From: a virus
Length of the DNA stretch: 64,000 bases
Direction: 5' to 3' (one strand)
IMG/VR virus record: IMGVR_UViG_3300045988_154953
Shown in pieces: positions 28,523 to 36,400 of the stretch (its first letter is position 1; every line of letters starts with the position of its first letter). A model generated the notes under the pieces. The model saw nothing but the letters and a program-made list of their open reading frames with translations, made no database searches and was not told the origin of the DNA. The position numbers and the translations under genes are program-made.

Positions 28523-28723
28523 ATGACAGAAGAAAAGTTTAAGAAATGTAAAGATTTAGACAATGATATAAGAATAATGAACAAACTTTTCGAAGAAAGA
28601 AACTATTCAAATTATGATCTTCTTGTGAACATTGCACATTTTTCTTCGAGGTTTAAAGATGAATTTTTCGAGTGGTTAGATGAAACACAACGAAAATATA
28701 TGAAAGAATTCAAGGAGTTATAA
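28523..28723 (+). CDS. hypothetical protein
   Basis: 66-aa ORF in the operon. Confidence 0.45.
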   Translation: MTEEKFKKCKDLDNDIRIMNKLFEERNYSNYDLLVNIAHFSSRFKDEFFEWLDETQRKYMKEFKEL

Positions 28724-28915
28724 ATGACTATAACAAATGTATTGTTTGTAATGATTATGACATTGTTCATATCTTCAGGTATCGCAACAATTATTATTGA
28801 ACTTTTTTATGAAGACGAAAACGTAATCGCGTTGTTTGGCTTTGGAATAACGGGAAATCTCATAGCGTTAGTTTTATATGTAATAAGAGGAATGTATGAA
28901 AGATTTAAAAATTAA
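28724..28915 (+). CDS. small membrane protein
   Basis: Two hydrophobic helices, abutting the previous stop. Confidence 0.45.
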   Translation: MTITNVLFVMIMTLFISSGIATIIIELFYEDENVIALFGFGITGNLIALVLYVIRGMYERFKN

Positions 28916-29375
28916 AAAATATGAAAAACCTTTAGATATAATAATTCATAAAATTGATTATTCTGAGGGTGGAAAAGAATCTGATGTATATTGGATGAAT
29001 CAAGGATTAGGTAATGCACATACTCATGGAATGGGGCAATATGGTTTTATTGATATATGTTTAGGTATAGATTTAGAAGAAAGAAGAACATACTTTATTT
29101 TGAATACGATTTGTGAATTAATTTGCGATCCAAATGAAGAATTTGATTTTTCAGTAAAACATATTGTTTATGACAAAAATGATGAGATACAATTTGAATT
29201 CCATTTAATTCCAGCATTTTGTTATAATGAACCAAGTTTTTTAGTTATACTCGCTGATGAAGATGGTCATTATCCAACTGATTTAATCTGTAAAGAACCT
29301 TATAATTTACAATACGTAAATCATTGTGATATTGAAATAATCCATAAAAATTACATGTATAGCTGCAATAATTGA
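28896..29375 (+). CDS. hypothetical protein
   Basis: 159-aa ORF. No confident family. Confidence 0.5.
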   Translation: MKDLKIKKYEKPLDIIIHKIDYSEGGKESDVYWMNQGLGNAHTHGMGQYGFIDICLGIDLEERRTYFILNTICELICDPNEEFDFSVKHIVYDKNDEIQFEFHLIPAFCYNEPSFLVILADEDGHYPTDLICKEPYNLQYVNHCDIEIIHKNYMYSCNN

Positions 29376-29391
29376 TTACAAGGAGAAGAAT

Positions 29392-30048
29392 ATGATTAAA
29401 CTATTTACTCATAGTGACAGAGATGGACAAGGGTGCGCTGTTTTAGCTAAATTAGCTTTTGAAGACAATGTAGACATTGAATATTGTAACTATGACGATA
29501 TTAATGATAAAGTAAAAGATTTTTGCGCTAATTATTGTAGAGATAGAAACGTTAGAGAAAAATATGAACATGTTTATATTACAGACATTTCTATTACAGA
29601 AGAATTAGCTAGAAAAATAAATAATTTATCTCTATTTGAACATATCACATTATTAGACCATCATCCCACAGCTTTAAAATTGAATAAATTCAGTTGGTGC
29701 AAAGTTTCTGTTGATAATTCAGAAGGATTAAAGACATCTGGTACAGAATTGTTCTACCAGTGTCTACTTTCAACAAACTGCTTTTCTGATAAATTAAAAA
29801 GCAGTGAATACTTGAAAAGATTCGTTGAATTGACAAGGGATTATGATACCTGGAGATGGACAACTCTTGGTGAAAACGGGCTTATTTGTAAACAGTTAAA
29901 TGACCTGATGTACATTTATGGTATGGATAACTTTACTGATTGGTGTATAAAAGGAATATTAAATAAATCATTTCCTAGATTATCATTAGAAGATCAAATT
30001 GTTCTCAGTATTAGACAGCAGGAGATTGAAAATTTATTTAGGAAATAA
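29392..30048 (+). CDS. DHH-domain-only phosphoesterase-like protein
   Basis: HSDRDG, ITDIS and LLDHHPT motifs in DHH order. At 218 aa it lacks a DHHA1 domain. Confidence 0.5.
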   Translation: MIKLFTHSDRDGQGCAVLAKLAFEDNVDIEYCNYDDINDKVKDFCANYCRDRNVREKYEHVYITDISITEELARKINNLSLFEHITLLDHHPTALKLNKFSWCKVSVDNSEGLKTSGTELFYQCLLSTNCFSDKLKSSEYLKRFVELTRDYDTWRWTTLGENGLICKQLNDLMYIYGMDNFTDWCIKGILNKSFPRLSLEDQIVLSIRQQEIENLFRK

Positions 30049-30107
30049 TGAGTATAAAAATGAAATTATTCAACAACTGGATTAAAGCCACAGTATAGAG
30101 GTGTAAC

Positions 30108-31370
30108 ATGAAAAGTAATATTTTTATTCCAAAAACGATTAATGTTGGATATCAAAATCGAAATGATACATATACTGGTAAACTTGCTTATGTTATTTAT
30201 TACGATGAGAAAGGTAAGTTGAGAAAAGAGACATCTTGGAATAGTTGGCGTAATAAAGATATTCCAAATGATGAGTTTGAAAATGTTCCAACTGAAGGTT
30301 TTGTTCTCAATAAGAAAGCAGGTGATTACTCTACAGGATGGGATCACAGACATGCATATTGCAGAGTATATGACCCAAGAGGATTTGAATTTGAAATTAC
30401 CATTGAGAATTTATTGTACATTCTTGAAAATGCAACTTGTATTCCAGGCAAAGGATTACAAGGCGAATTTGTGTATGGATGGGATGGTACAGATTTAGTT
30501 CTTATGCCAGTTGTTGCACCTGACTATAAGCAAATCGCAGCTTATAACAAGATTGTGCATAATAACGAATCTATAAAGACAAGGGACTTGCTTCTAGGTG
30601 CCACATATCTTACGAAAGAAAATACTGAATGGATCTATATGGGACGTTTTGAAACATATGGATATGGATACAAATTTGTGCAAGATGGTAAAATTATGAG
30701 AACTAAGCGATACAGTGATCTCCCGACAGAAGGAAGTTATATGGGACGCAAAGTAATTTCTCATAAAAGTATTAACAATCTTCCATATGGGAAGATGCAT
30801 TGGTTCGCAATATTATACAATGATAAATATGTATTTGAGCAATTCAAAAGTGTTCCTAAAAATAAACTTATCAGTTGTGTTGATGATAAATGCACTTCTA
30901 AATATTCTGAAATCTATGATGAAATGGAATCATCTTATCAGTTTTCTCCAATAGATGACAGTAAGGATAAAATCATAAATATTCCATTTGAAGATTTTTA
31001 TGCAAAAGCAGTTAATACATACGTATATGACGATGAAACAAGAAAATATGTTGATGTGCAGTTTATGGCTAATGCTAATGGAGAATACACCAAATATGAA
31101 ATGAGAACGCCATATAGATCAGAAGATAATGGTAAATATATTGTTTATAAATATAGAAAAACAAATATGTATTATGGTGATGAAGAACTTATTGATATCT
31201 TCCCGACACAAGAGAAGGAAGTAACAGATTCTTATGGAATAAAGAGAATAGAAACGCATATGATTCCAGTTTCTATTGAAACAGTTTTTGAAAAATTAAA
31301 GCCAGTGTGCAAACAAAAATATTTAGCAAATGGCAGGGAATATAACAAGGAGTTTTTGTTTAATGAGTAA
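30108..31370 (+). CDS. hypothetical protein
   Basis: 420-aa ORF with SD agaggtg upstream. Confidence 0.55.
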   Translation: MKSNIFIPKTINVGYQNRNDTYTGKLAYVIYYDEKGKLRKETSWNSWRNKDIPNDEFENVPTEGFVLNKKAGDYSTGWDHRHAYCRVYDPRGFEFEITIENLLYILENATCIPGKGLQGEFVYGWDGTDLVLMPVVAPDYKQIAAYNKIVHNNESIKTRDLLLGATYLTKENTEWIYMGRFETYGYGYKFVQDGKIMRTKRYSDLPTEGSYMGRKVISHKSINNLPYGKMHWFAILYNDKYVFEQFKSVPKNKLISCVDDKCTSKYSEIYDEMESSYQFSPIDDSKDKIINIPFEDFYAKAVNTYVYDDETRKYVDVQFMANANGEYTKYEMRTPYRSEDNGKYIVYKYRKTNMYYGDEELIDIFPTQEKEVTDSYGIKRIETHMIPVSIETVFEKLKPVCKQKYLANGREYNKEFLFNE

Positions 31371-31779
31371 AAATGATGATAGAATTTTAGAACTAAAGAA
31401 GCAGATTGATGAAAAGAAAAAACTATTGGCAGATAAAAATACAAGATTTGTACCAGAGACAAATTGCGTATTAACGATGAATAAAAATAGTACAAATATT
31501 AATGTGTGTTCTAACGAAGAATTGAAGTTGCTATTAATTTCATTGAATGCATATTTAATGTCCGCAAAAGACCTTGGTATGAACGACTTCGAAATCTCTG
31601 GATATAGCGTAACATCATGGATCAAAGATATTAAAAATAAATTAGATATTTTTAATTTGAAGAAACAGCAGTCAGATTTGAAAACAATGGAACAAAAGCT
31701 AGATAAACTTCTTTCTGATGATAAGAAAACTGAGCTTGAATTAAATGACATTGCTGCGCTGTTAAAATTGGAGAAATAA
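31363..31779 (+). CDS. coiled-coil hypothetical protein
   Basis: ATG 31363 lies after aaggag and overlaps the upstream stop, in frame with the track ORF 31330. Confidence 0.5.
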   Translation: MSKNDDRILELKKQIDEKKKLLADKNTRFVPETNCVLTMNKNSTNINVCSNEELKLLLISLNAYLMSAKDLGMNDFEISGYSVTSWIKDIKNKLDIFNLKKQQSDLKTMEQKLDKLLSDDKKTELELNDIAALLKLEK

Positions 31780-31849
31780 TATGACCAAAAATAAAGAAAA
31801 TTTTATATTCTGATGGAACGATAAAATTATATGAAAGTGGTGATTTGAC

Positions 31850-32017
31850 TTGAATCCTATTATGTATTTAATAGTTATTGTGGATGCTATTATAGTTTGG
31901 TTTCTATTAACGATTGTGTTTAAACCATTAGGATCAATTATTTCTAAGATATGGGATGACACATCTAAAACATTAAATGAAAAAGAAGAGAAAGAAGAGG
32001 ATAACAAGAATGGCTAA
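31850..32017 (+). CDS. small membrane protein coupled to the SPFH gene (below the track cutoff)
   Basis: Hand translation gives LNPIMYLIVIVDAIIVWFLLTIVFKPLG..EKEEKEEDNKNG. TTG 31850 follows ggtga, or ATG 31862 could be the start. Its stop overlaps the ATG of the next gene (ATGGCTAA). Confidence 0.4.
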   Translation: MNPIMYLIVIVDAIIVWFLLTIVFKPLGSIISKIWDDTSKTLNEKEEKEEDNKNG

Positions 32018-32951
32018 AAGAAAAGGATTAATCGGTGGCGTTGGATTGGCAGTATTAATCATTGGTGGTTTGTTTGTTGGAATTTCCTGTACAGAGAAAA
32101 TTCCGGCGGGTTATGTCGGTGTAGTTTATAACTCACTAAACGGTGGTGTTGATGGAGAGGTTATCACACAGGGATGGCATCTCGTATCACCTACAAAGAA
32201 AGTCACTACATATTCAATCGGTATTGAACAGTCTTATCTCACATCAGAAGAGAAAGGTGATTCGCCAGTTGACGAAAGTTTTTCAACACCAACATCTGAC
32301 GGTAAATCATTAACAGTTGATTTGGAATTTTCATACAAGTTTGATCAGGATAAGATCGCTGATACATTCATAAAATTCAAGGGGCAATCTGGAAACACTG
32401 TTAAAGATACATTTATTAAACCTAAGATGAGAGCTTGGACACAGGAAGTTACAGCAAAATATCCTGTTACTGATGTTTTTGGTGATAAGAGACAGGAATT
32501 AAACGAAGCACTTGATGTGTATCTAAAGCAGAAGTTTGAACCATATGGTATTATTATTGACACTGTGAACTTCACAAATATCTCCACTGATTCAGAAACT
32601 GCAGAAGCAATTCAGAAGAAAGTTACAGCGCAGCAGGAATTAGAACTGGCAACTATTGAAGCTAAAACAGCTAAAGTACAGGCAGATAAAGACAAAGAAG
32701 TAGCTCTTATTGCAGCTGAACAGGAAAAAGAAAAAGCAGCTATTGTTGCAGAGCAGAAGAAAATTCAGGCAGAAGGCGAAGCACAGGCTACAAAGATTAA
32801 AGCTGATGCAGAAGCAGAAGCAAATGTAAAGATTGCTAAATCACTTACACCGGAGCTGATTGAAAAGCAGAAGATCGAAAAATGGAATGGTTCTGTTCCT
32901 ACAGTCCAGGGTAGTTCAACACCTATTGTCAATATGAGTGATGATAAATAG
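32010..32951 (+). CDS. SPFH/band-7 (prohibitin-like) domain protein
   Basis: An N-terminal TM helix, then IPAGYVGVVYN..GWHLVSP and a long Ala/Glu/Lys-rich coiled coil. ATG 32010 is in frame with the track start 31977. Confidence 0.7.
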   Translation: MAKRKGLIGGVGLAVLIIGGLFVGISCTEKIPAGYVGVVYNSLNGGVDGEVITQGWHLVSPTKKVTTYSIGIEQSYLTSEEKGDSPVDESFSTPTSDGKSLTVDLEFSYKFDQDKIADTFIKFKGQSGNTVKDTFIKPKMRAWTQEVTAKYPVTDVFGDKRQELNEALDVYLKQKFEPYGIIIDTVNFTNISTDSETAEAIQKKVTAQQELELATIEAKTAKVQADKDKEVALIAAEQEKEKAAIVAEQKKIQAEGEAQATKIKADAEAEANVKIAKSLTPELIEKQKIEKWNGSVPTVQGSSTPIVNMSDDK

Positions 32952-32968
32952 TTTTAGAAAACGAATTT

Positions 32969-33132
32969 GTTTGGTTATGGATTAAAATTTGATTCATAAC
33001 CAAACGATAAAGTAATCAGTATATTAAGTATTATTACTTGATATCTGCAGGTGATTTTGCACCTGAAAAGTGAGGTTAATAACACTCACTAAAATCTGTG
33101 TAATTAGATTCGAAATGTACATGTGAATTTGA
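32969..33132 (+). ncRNA. tracrRNA-like structured RNA, module A (boundaries approximate)
   Basis: Hairpins at 32969-33005, 33010-33039, 33048-33065 (caggtg/cacctg) and 33069-33090 (agtgag/ctcact). Next come taaaat and the anti-repeat ctgtgtaatt (33096-33105), which is the exact reverse complement of repeat bases aattacacag. A second partial anti-repeat lies at 33117-33130. Confidence 0.5.
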
Positions 33133-33236
33133 GGTTTTAGAGATATATTAAATTACATAGATACAAAACTCATGGACTCTATAAGATAAGTATGGTGTGG
33201 TTTTAGAGATATATTAAATTACACAGGTACATAAAT
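33133..33236 (+). CRISPR. mini CRISPR array A: 2 repeats, 1 spacer
   Basis: R1 33133-33170 ggttttagagatatattaaattacatagatacaaaact. Spacer 33171-33198 catggactctataagataagtatggtgt. R2 33199-33236 is 34/38 identical to R1. Period 66 nt. Confidence 0.55.
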
Positions 33237-33247
33237 AAGTCTATAGA

Positions 33248-33276
33248 TTTACATAATTATAAAATAATTATAAATA
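33248..33276 (+). promoter_or_regulatory. candidate promoter of the nuclease gene
   Basis: TTTACA, a 17-nt spacer, then TAAATA, about 20 nt upstream of ATG 33296. The background is AT-rich, so the call is weak. Confidence 0.3.
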
Positions 33277-33295
33277 TGAAGGATAACAAATAGCA

Positions 33296-35026
33296 ATGAA
33301 TACAATAAAAAATACATATATACGAACATTAAAATTTAATTTAAATTTAACACCAAAATTCGAAACAGAAGAAGATAATAAAAAATATATAAATGATGTG
33401 TATTCATATCTAAGAGATGCTATATGGGCACAAAATAGAGCTATGAATATTGTTCTTGATCGAACTAAAGAAGCTTATACACTTGGACGAGGGATGAACA
33501 GGGTTAAAGAAATATATTATTCATATTCCCATCAAAAACCAATTAGTAATGACAAAAAAGAAAGCTTCTTAGAATCATTGTTGCAGTATGCACCTATAGA
33601 CGATCAATTTGTAAAAAATGAAGTTAAAAAATTACGTAAATTCTATGAATCTAAAAAGAAACCACCAAAAGAAGAAACTGTTTCTAAAAATTGTGAAGCT
33701 TTAAAAAATAAGTACATAAAATATGTTGGTAAATCAAAAGATGATGTCAAACGAGAATTAGATTTACTTGAAAATTATTGTGCATATCCAGAAGATATTT
33801 ATGAAAAATTTGCTAACGGATTAAGCACACCTGCATATATAAAACAGAAAGTAGAATCTTATTGGAAACAGGATGGAATAAAAACAAAAGTTATTTACTC
33901 GATGGATGAAAATCTCAGACGAATAAAAGATGCTCCATTGTTCATACCACCAAATGTTTTTTACAATAAAAAAGATGAATTAATCGGTTTGGTATATGAT
34001 TATACTGACTATATATCTTTTTTAGAAGATTTAGAAAATAAACGAAATGTAAATATATATTTAAGTATTCCATATAAAAAAGGTGAAGATAAATTAAAAT
34101 TCAAATTAGTTCTAGGGAATCCACATAAGTCTCGTGATTCTAGATTATCCATAAAAAGAATTTTTGAAGAAGAATATAGAATTAAAGGCAGCAGTATTGG
34201 ATTTACGAAGAATAAAGAAACTGGCAAAAATACAAATTTAACTTTATATCTTACTGTTGAAGTCCCACAAAATAAAGATAATACTCTTGATGAGAATGTA
34301 GTTGTTGGAGTAGATGTCGGCATCGCTATTCCATGTGTATGTGCTTTAAATAACGATAAATATACAAGAGAAAATATTGGAAGTTATGATACTTTATTTG
34401 CTAAAAGAACCCAGTTTAAAATGCAGAGAAGTAGATTGAATAGTCAATTAAAATTATCAAAGGGTGGACATGGAAGAAAAAGAAAGTTAAAGAAATTAGA
34501 ATTACTTTCAGGAAAAGAGAAAAATTACGTTGATACAGAATGTAGAAAGTATGCAAGTGATGTAATTAAATTTTGTTTAAAACATCATGCTAAATATATT
34601 AATTTAGAGCACCTAAAAGGATATCGAGAGAATCCTAAAGTATTAGCTGGATGGAGTTTTTATAAAATCCAAACATATATTGAACAAGCAGCTGAAAAAC
34701 ATGGAATTATTGTAAGGAAAATTAATCCATGTTATACATCACAGATTTGTAGCGTATGTGGAAATTGGCATCCAGAGAATAGACCAAAGGGTAAATTAGG
34801 GCAAGCATATTTTAATTGTCATAATATTGATTGTAAAACTCATAATACAGATTTGTATAAATATGGTATTAATGCAGACTTTAATGCTGCTAGGAATATA
34901 GCAATGTCAACATTATTTATTACCGATTCTGATGAGATCACAAAGAAACATTGGAAAGAAGCCAGAGAATATTATGGTATAGATGAATCGGATGATAAAG
35001 AAGAAAAATTAAATAAAGTAGCCTAA
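33296..35026 (+). CDS. cas12: compact type V CRISPR effector / TnpB-like RuvC nuclease (Cas12f-like)
   Basis: RuvC-I VVGVDVGIAIP, GGHGRKRKLKKL, RuvC-II YINLEHLKG, WSFYKIQTYIEQAAEKHGI, zinc ribbon CYTSQICSVCG..FNCHNIDCKTH, and RuvC-III INADFNAARNIA. Repeat arrays flank it on both sides. Confidence 0.8.
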   Translation: MNTIKNTYIRTLKFNLNLTPKFETEEDNKKYINDVYSYLRDAIWAQNRAMNIVLDRTKEAYTLGRGMNRVKEIYYSYSHQKPISNDKKESFLESLLQYAPIDDQFVKNEVKKLRKFYESKKKPPKEETVSKNCEALKNKYIKYVGKSKDDVKRELDLLENYCAYPEDIYEKFANGLSTPAYIKQKVESYWKQDGIKTKVIYSMDENLRRIKDAPLFIPPNVFYNKKDELIGLVYDYTDYISFLEDLENKRNVNIYLSIPYKKGEDKLKFKLVLGNPHKSRDSRLSIKRIFEEEYRIKGSSIGFTKNKETGKNTNLTLYLTVEVPQNKDNTLDENVVVGVDVGIAIPCVCALNNDKYTRENIGSYDTLFAKRTQFKMQRSRLNSQLKLSKGGHGRKRKLKKLELLSGKEKNYVDTECRKYASDVIKFCLKHHAKYINLEHLKGYRENPKVLAGWSFYKIQTYIEQAAEKHGIIVRKINPCYTSQICSVCGNWHPENRPKGKLGQAYFNCHNIDCKTHNTDLYKYGINADFNAARNIAMSTLFITDSDEITKKHWKEAREYYGIDESDDKEEKLNKVA

Positions 35027-35038
35027 GTGCTACTAAAC

Positions 35039-35183
35039 CAGTCGAAAGACTGCGGTGTGTTTTGGTGTGTTTATATAGCCTCAAATATAAACACCGCTAT
35101 TGTGGATACAATAGTACGCCGAAAGGTGAGGATTCGTCACTCACTAAAATCCATGTTAAAACTTGTATCTATGGTAATTTGGG
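35039..35183 (+). ncRNA. tracrRNA-like structured RNA, module B (boundaries approximate)
   Basis: Hairpins cagtc-gaaa-gactg (35039-35052), gtgtttatat/atataaacac (35067-35094), ctattgt/acaatag (35097-35114) and gtgag/ctcac (35126-35144). Next come taaaat and the anti-repeat ccatgttaaa (35151-35160), the exact reverse complement of repeat bases tttaacatgg. Confidence 0.55.
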
Positions 35184-35352
35184 GATTAAGAAGTATATCA
35201 TTTAACATGGGTACAAAACTCTATAGAGATACACTGTATATTTAGTTATGATTAAGAAGTATATCATTTAACATGGGTACAAAACTCAGCACTGCATTTA
35301 TTTTTAGGCAGGCACGATTAAGAAGTATATCATTTAACACGAATATAAAAAT
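35184..35352 (+). CRISPR. mini CRISPR array B: 3 repeats, 2 spacers
   Basis: The repeat gattaagaagtatatcatttaacatgggtacaaaact lies at 35184-35220 and 35250-35286 (identical). A third copy at 35316-35352 is degenerate at its 3' end. Spacers: ctatagagatacactgtatatttagttat and cagcactgcatttatttttaggcaggcac. Period 66 nt. Confidence 0.7.
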
Positions 35353-35369
35353 GAAACGGAGACAACTAA

Positions 35370-35918
35370 TTGATTATTATTATTGGTAAAACCGCATCTG
35401 GTAAAGACACAATTGTAAAAGAGTTATGTCTAAATCATAATTTCAAAAAGATTGTTACATATACAACCAGACCAATGCGAGAAAATGAAATTGATGGCAC
35501 TACATACCATTATATATCAAATGAAGAATTTAAGGGAAAAATTAATGAAGGATTTTTTGTAGAATATAAATCCTACCAATCTGAATTCGGTGAATGGTTC
35601 TATGGAACATCTGAAGAGAGCATTCTAAATTCTGATGACAAATCTATTATAATTCTTACACCTCAAGGGTACAAAGATATCTTATCTAAATATCCCAATC
35701 TTAATTATAAATCCATTTATTTATATGCAAGTAATAGAACAATTAGAAAACGTTTAATACAGCGTGGAGACGATGAGGCAGAAGCAAAGCGAAGAGTTAG
35801 ACATGATAAGAAAGATTTTAGAGGTATTTATAAAATAGTAGATAAAGTTATTTGTAATAATCAAAATAAACAATTTGAGAAGGTAATAAAAGAAATATTG
35901 GATGTGATTAAAGAATGA
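35370..35918 (+). CDS. gmk: guanylate kinase-like nucleotide kinase
   Basis: P-loop GKTASGKDT and the signature TTRPMRENEIDGTTYHYIS. TTG start. Confidence 0.75.
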   Translation: MIIIIGKTASGKDTIVKELCLNHNFKKIVTYTTRPMRENEIDGTTYHYISNEEFKGKINEGFFVEYKSYQSEFGEWFYGTSEESILNSDDKSIIILTPQGYKDILSKYPNLNYKSIYLYASNRTIRKRLIQRGDDEAEAKRRVRHDKKDFRGIYKIVDKVICNNQNKQFEKVIKEILDVIKE

Positions 35919-36352
35919 TAAATAAAATGACAAATAGAATAAACGTATATCTTTCTGGAGCAATTAAGAATACAGACTATAAATTCCAAGATTGGAGAGA
36001 ATATTGTTCTGATTCCATTTTAGCTGGTTTTTATCCACATTTAAATATTATTGATCCCAATAAATTTTTCAATTATACCGATAAACAACCAAAAACAGAT
36101 AAACAATGTATGGATTTGTTTATGTATCTATTAAAGAAAAGTGATGTTTTATTGGTTAATTTGGATCAATCGAATAGTAGCGTAGGTACCGGCATGGAAG
36201 TAGAATATGCAATTTGTAATAACATTCCTATTATTGCATTTGGTAATAAACCAGAGACTTGGTATAAGTGGGTTGAGATAAGTGCAGCAGTTATATTAGA
36301 AGATGCAGAGGAAGCATTAGAGTATATTGATAACTCATACGGAGTTATTTAG
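35915..36352 (+). CDS. nucleoside 2-deoxyribosyltransferase-like protein
   Basis: VYLSGAI..DWR and GTGMEVEYA motifs resemble the NDT/Rcl fold. It sits in the nucleotide-metabolism context. Confidence 0.4.
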   Translation: MINKMTNRINVYLSGAIKNTDYKFQDWREYCSDSILAGFYPHLNIIDPNKFFNYTDKQPKTDKQCMDLFMYLLKKSDVLLVNLDQSNSSVGTGMEVEYAICNNIPIIAFGNKPETWYKWVEISAAVILEDAEEALEYIDNSYGVI

Positions 36353-36400
36353 TATAAATGAAACATGATGATTATAAATAAATTAAGAAAGGATGATTAA

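Noticed and set aside
31323-31751. Long antisense or overlapping ORFs, also at 189-467, 8702-8977, 10166-10525, 34009-34323, 52645-52962, 58134-58526 and others
   Set aside because: They lie wholly inside better-supported genes on the other strand or frame. They have low-complexity Ser/Phe/Leu/Ile-rich translations typical of shadow ORFs in AT-rich DNA.
32951-32961. gttttagaaa at the SPFH stop codon resembling the start of repeat A, as a possible third degenerate repeat
   Set aside because: Only about 8 nt match and the rest of the 38-nt repeat is not recognisable. The spacing does not fit the 66-nt period.
35027-35245. 72-aa ORF immediately after the nuclease gene
   Set aside because: It has a GTG-type start with no SD. 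It runs through the hairpin-rich tracr-like region and into the first repeat, so it is better explained as non-coding RNA.
32952-35369. Interpretation of the locus as a plain IS200/IS605-type TnpB transposon
   Set aside because: There is no TnpA and no recognisable transposon-end hairpins. The flanks carry regularly spaced (66-nt) repeat-spacer units with distinct spacers and cognate anti-repeats. A TnpB-to-Cas12 intermediate cannot be excluded.
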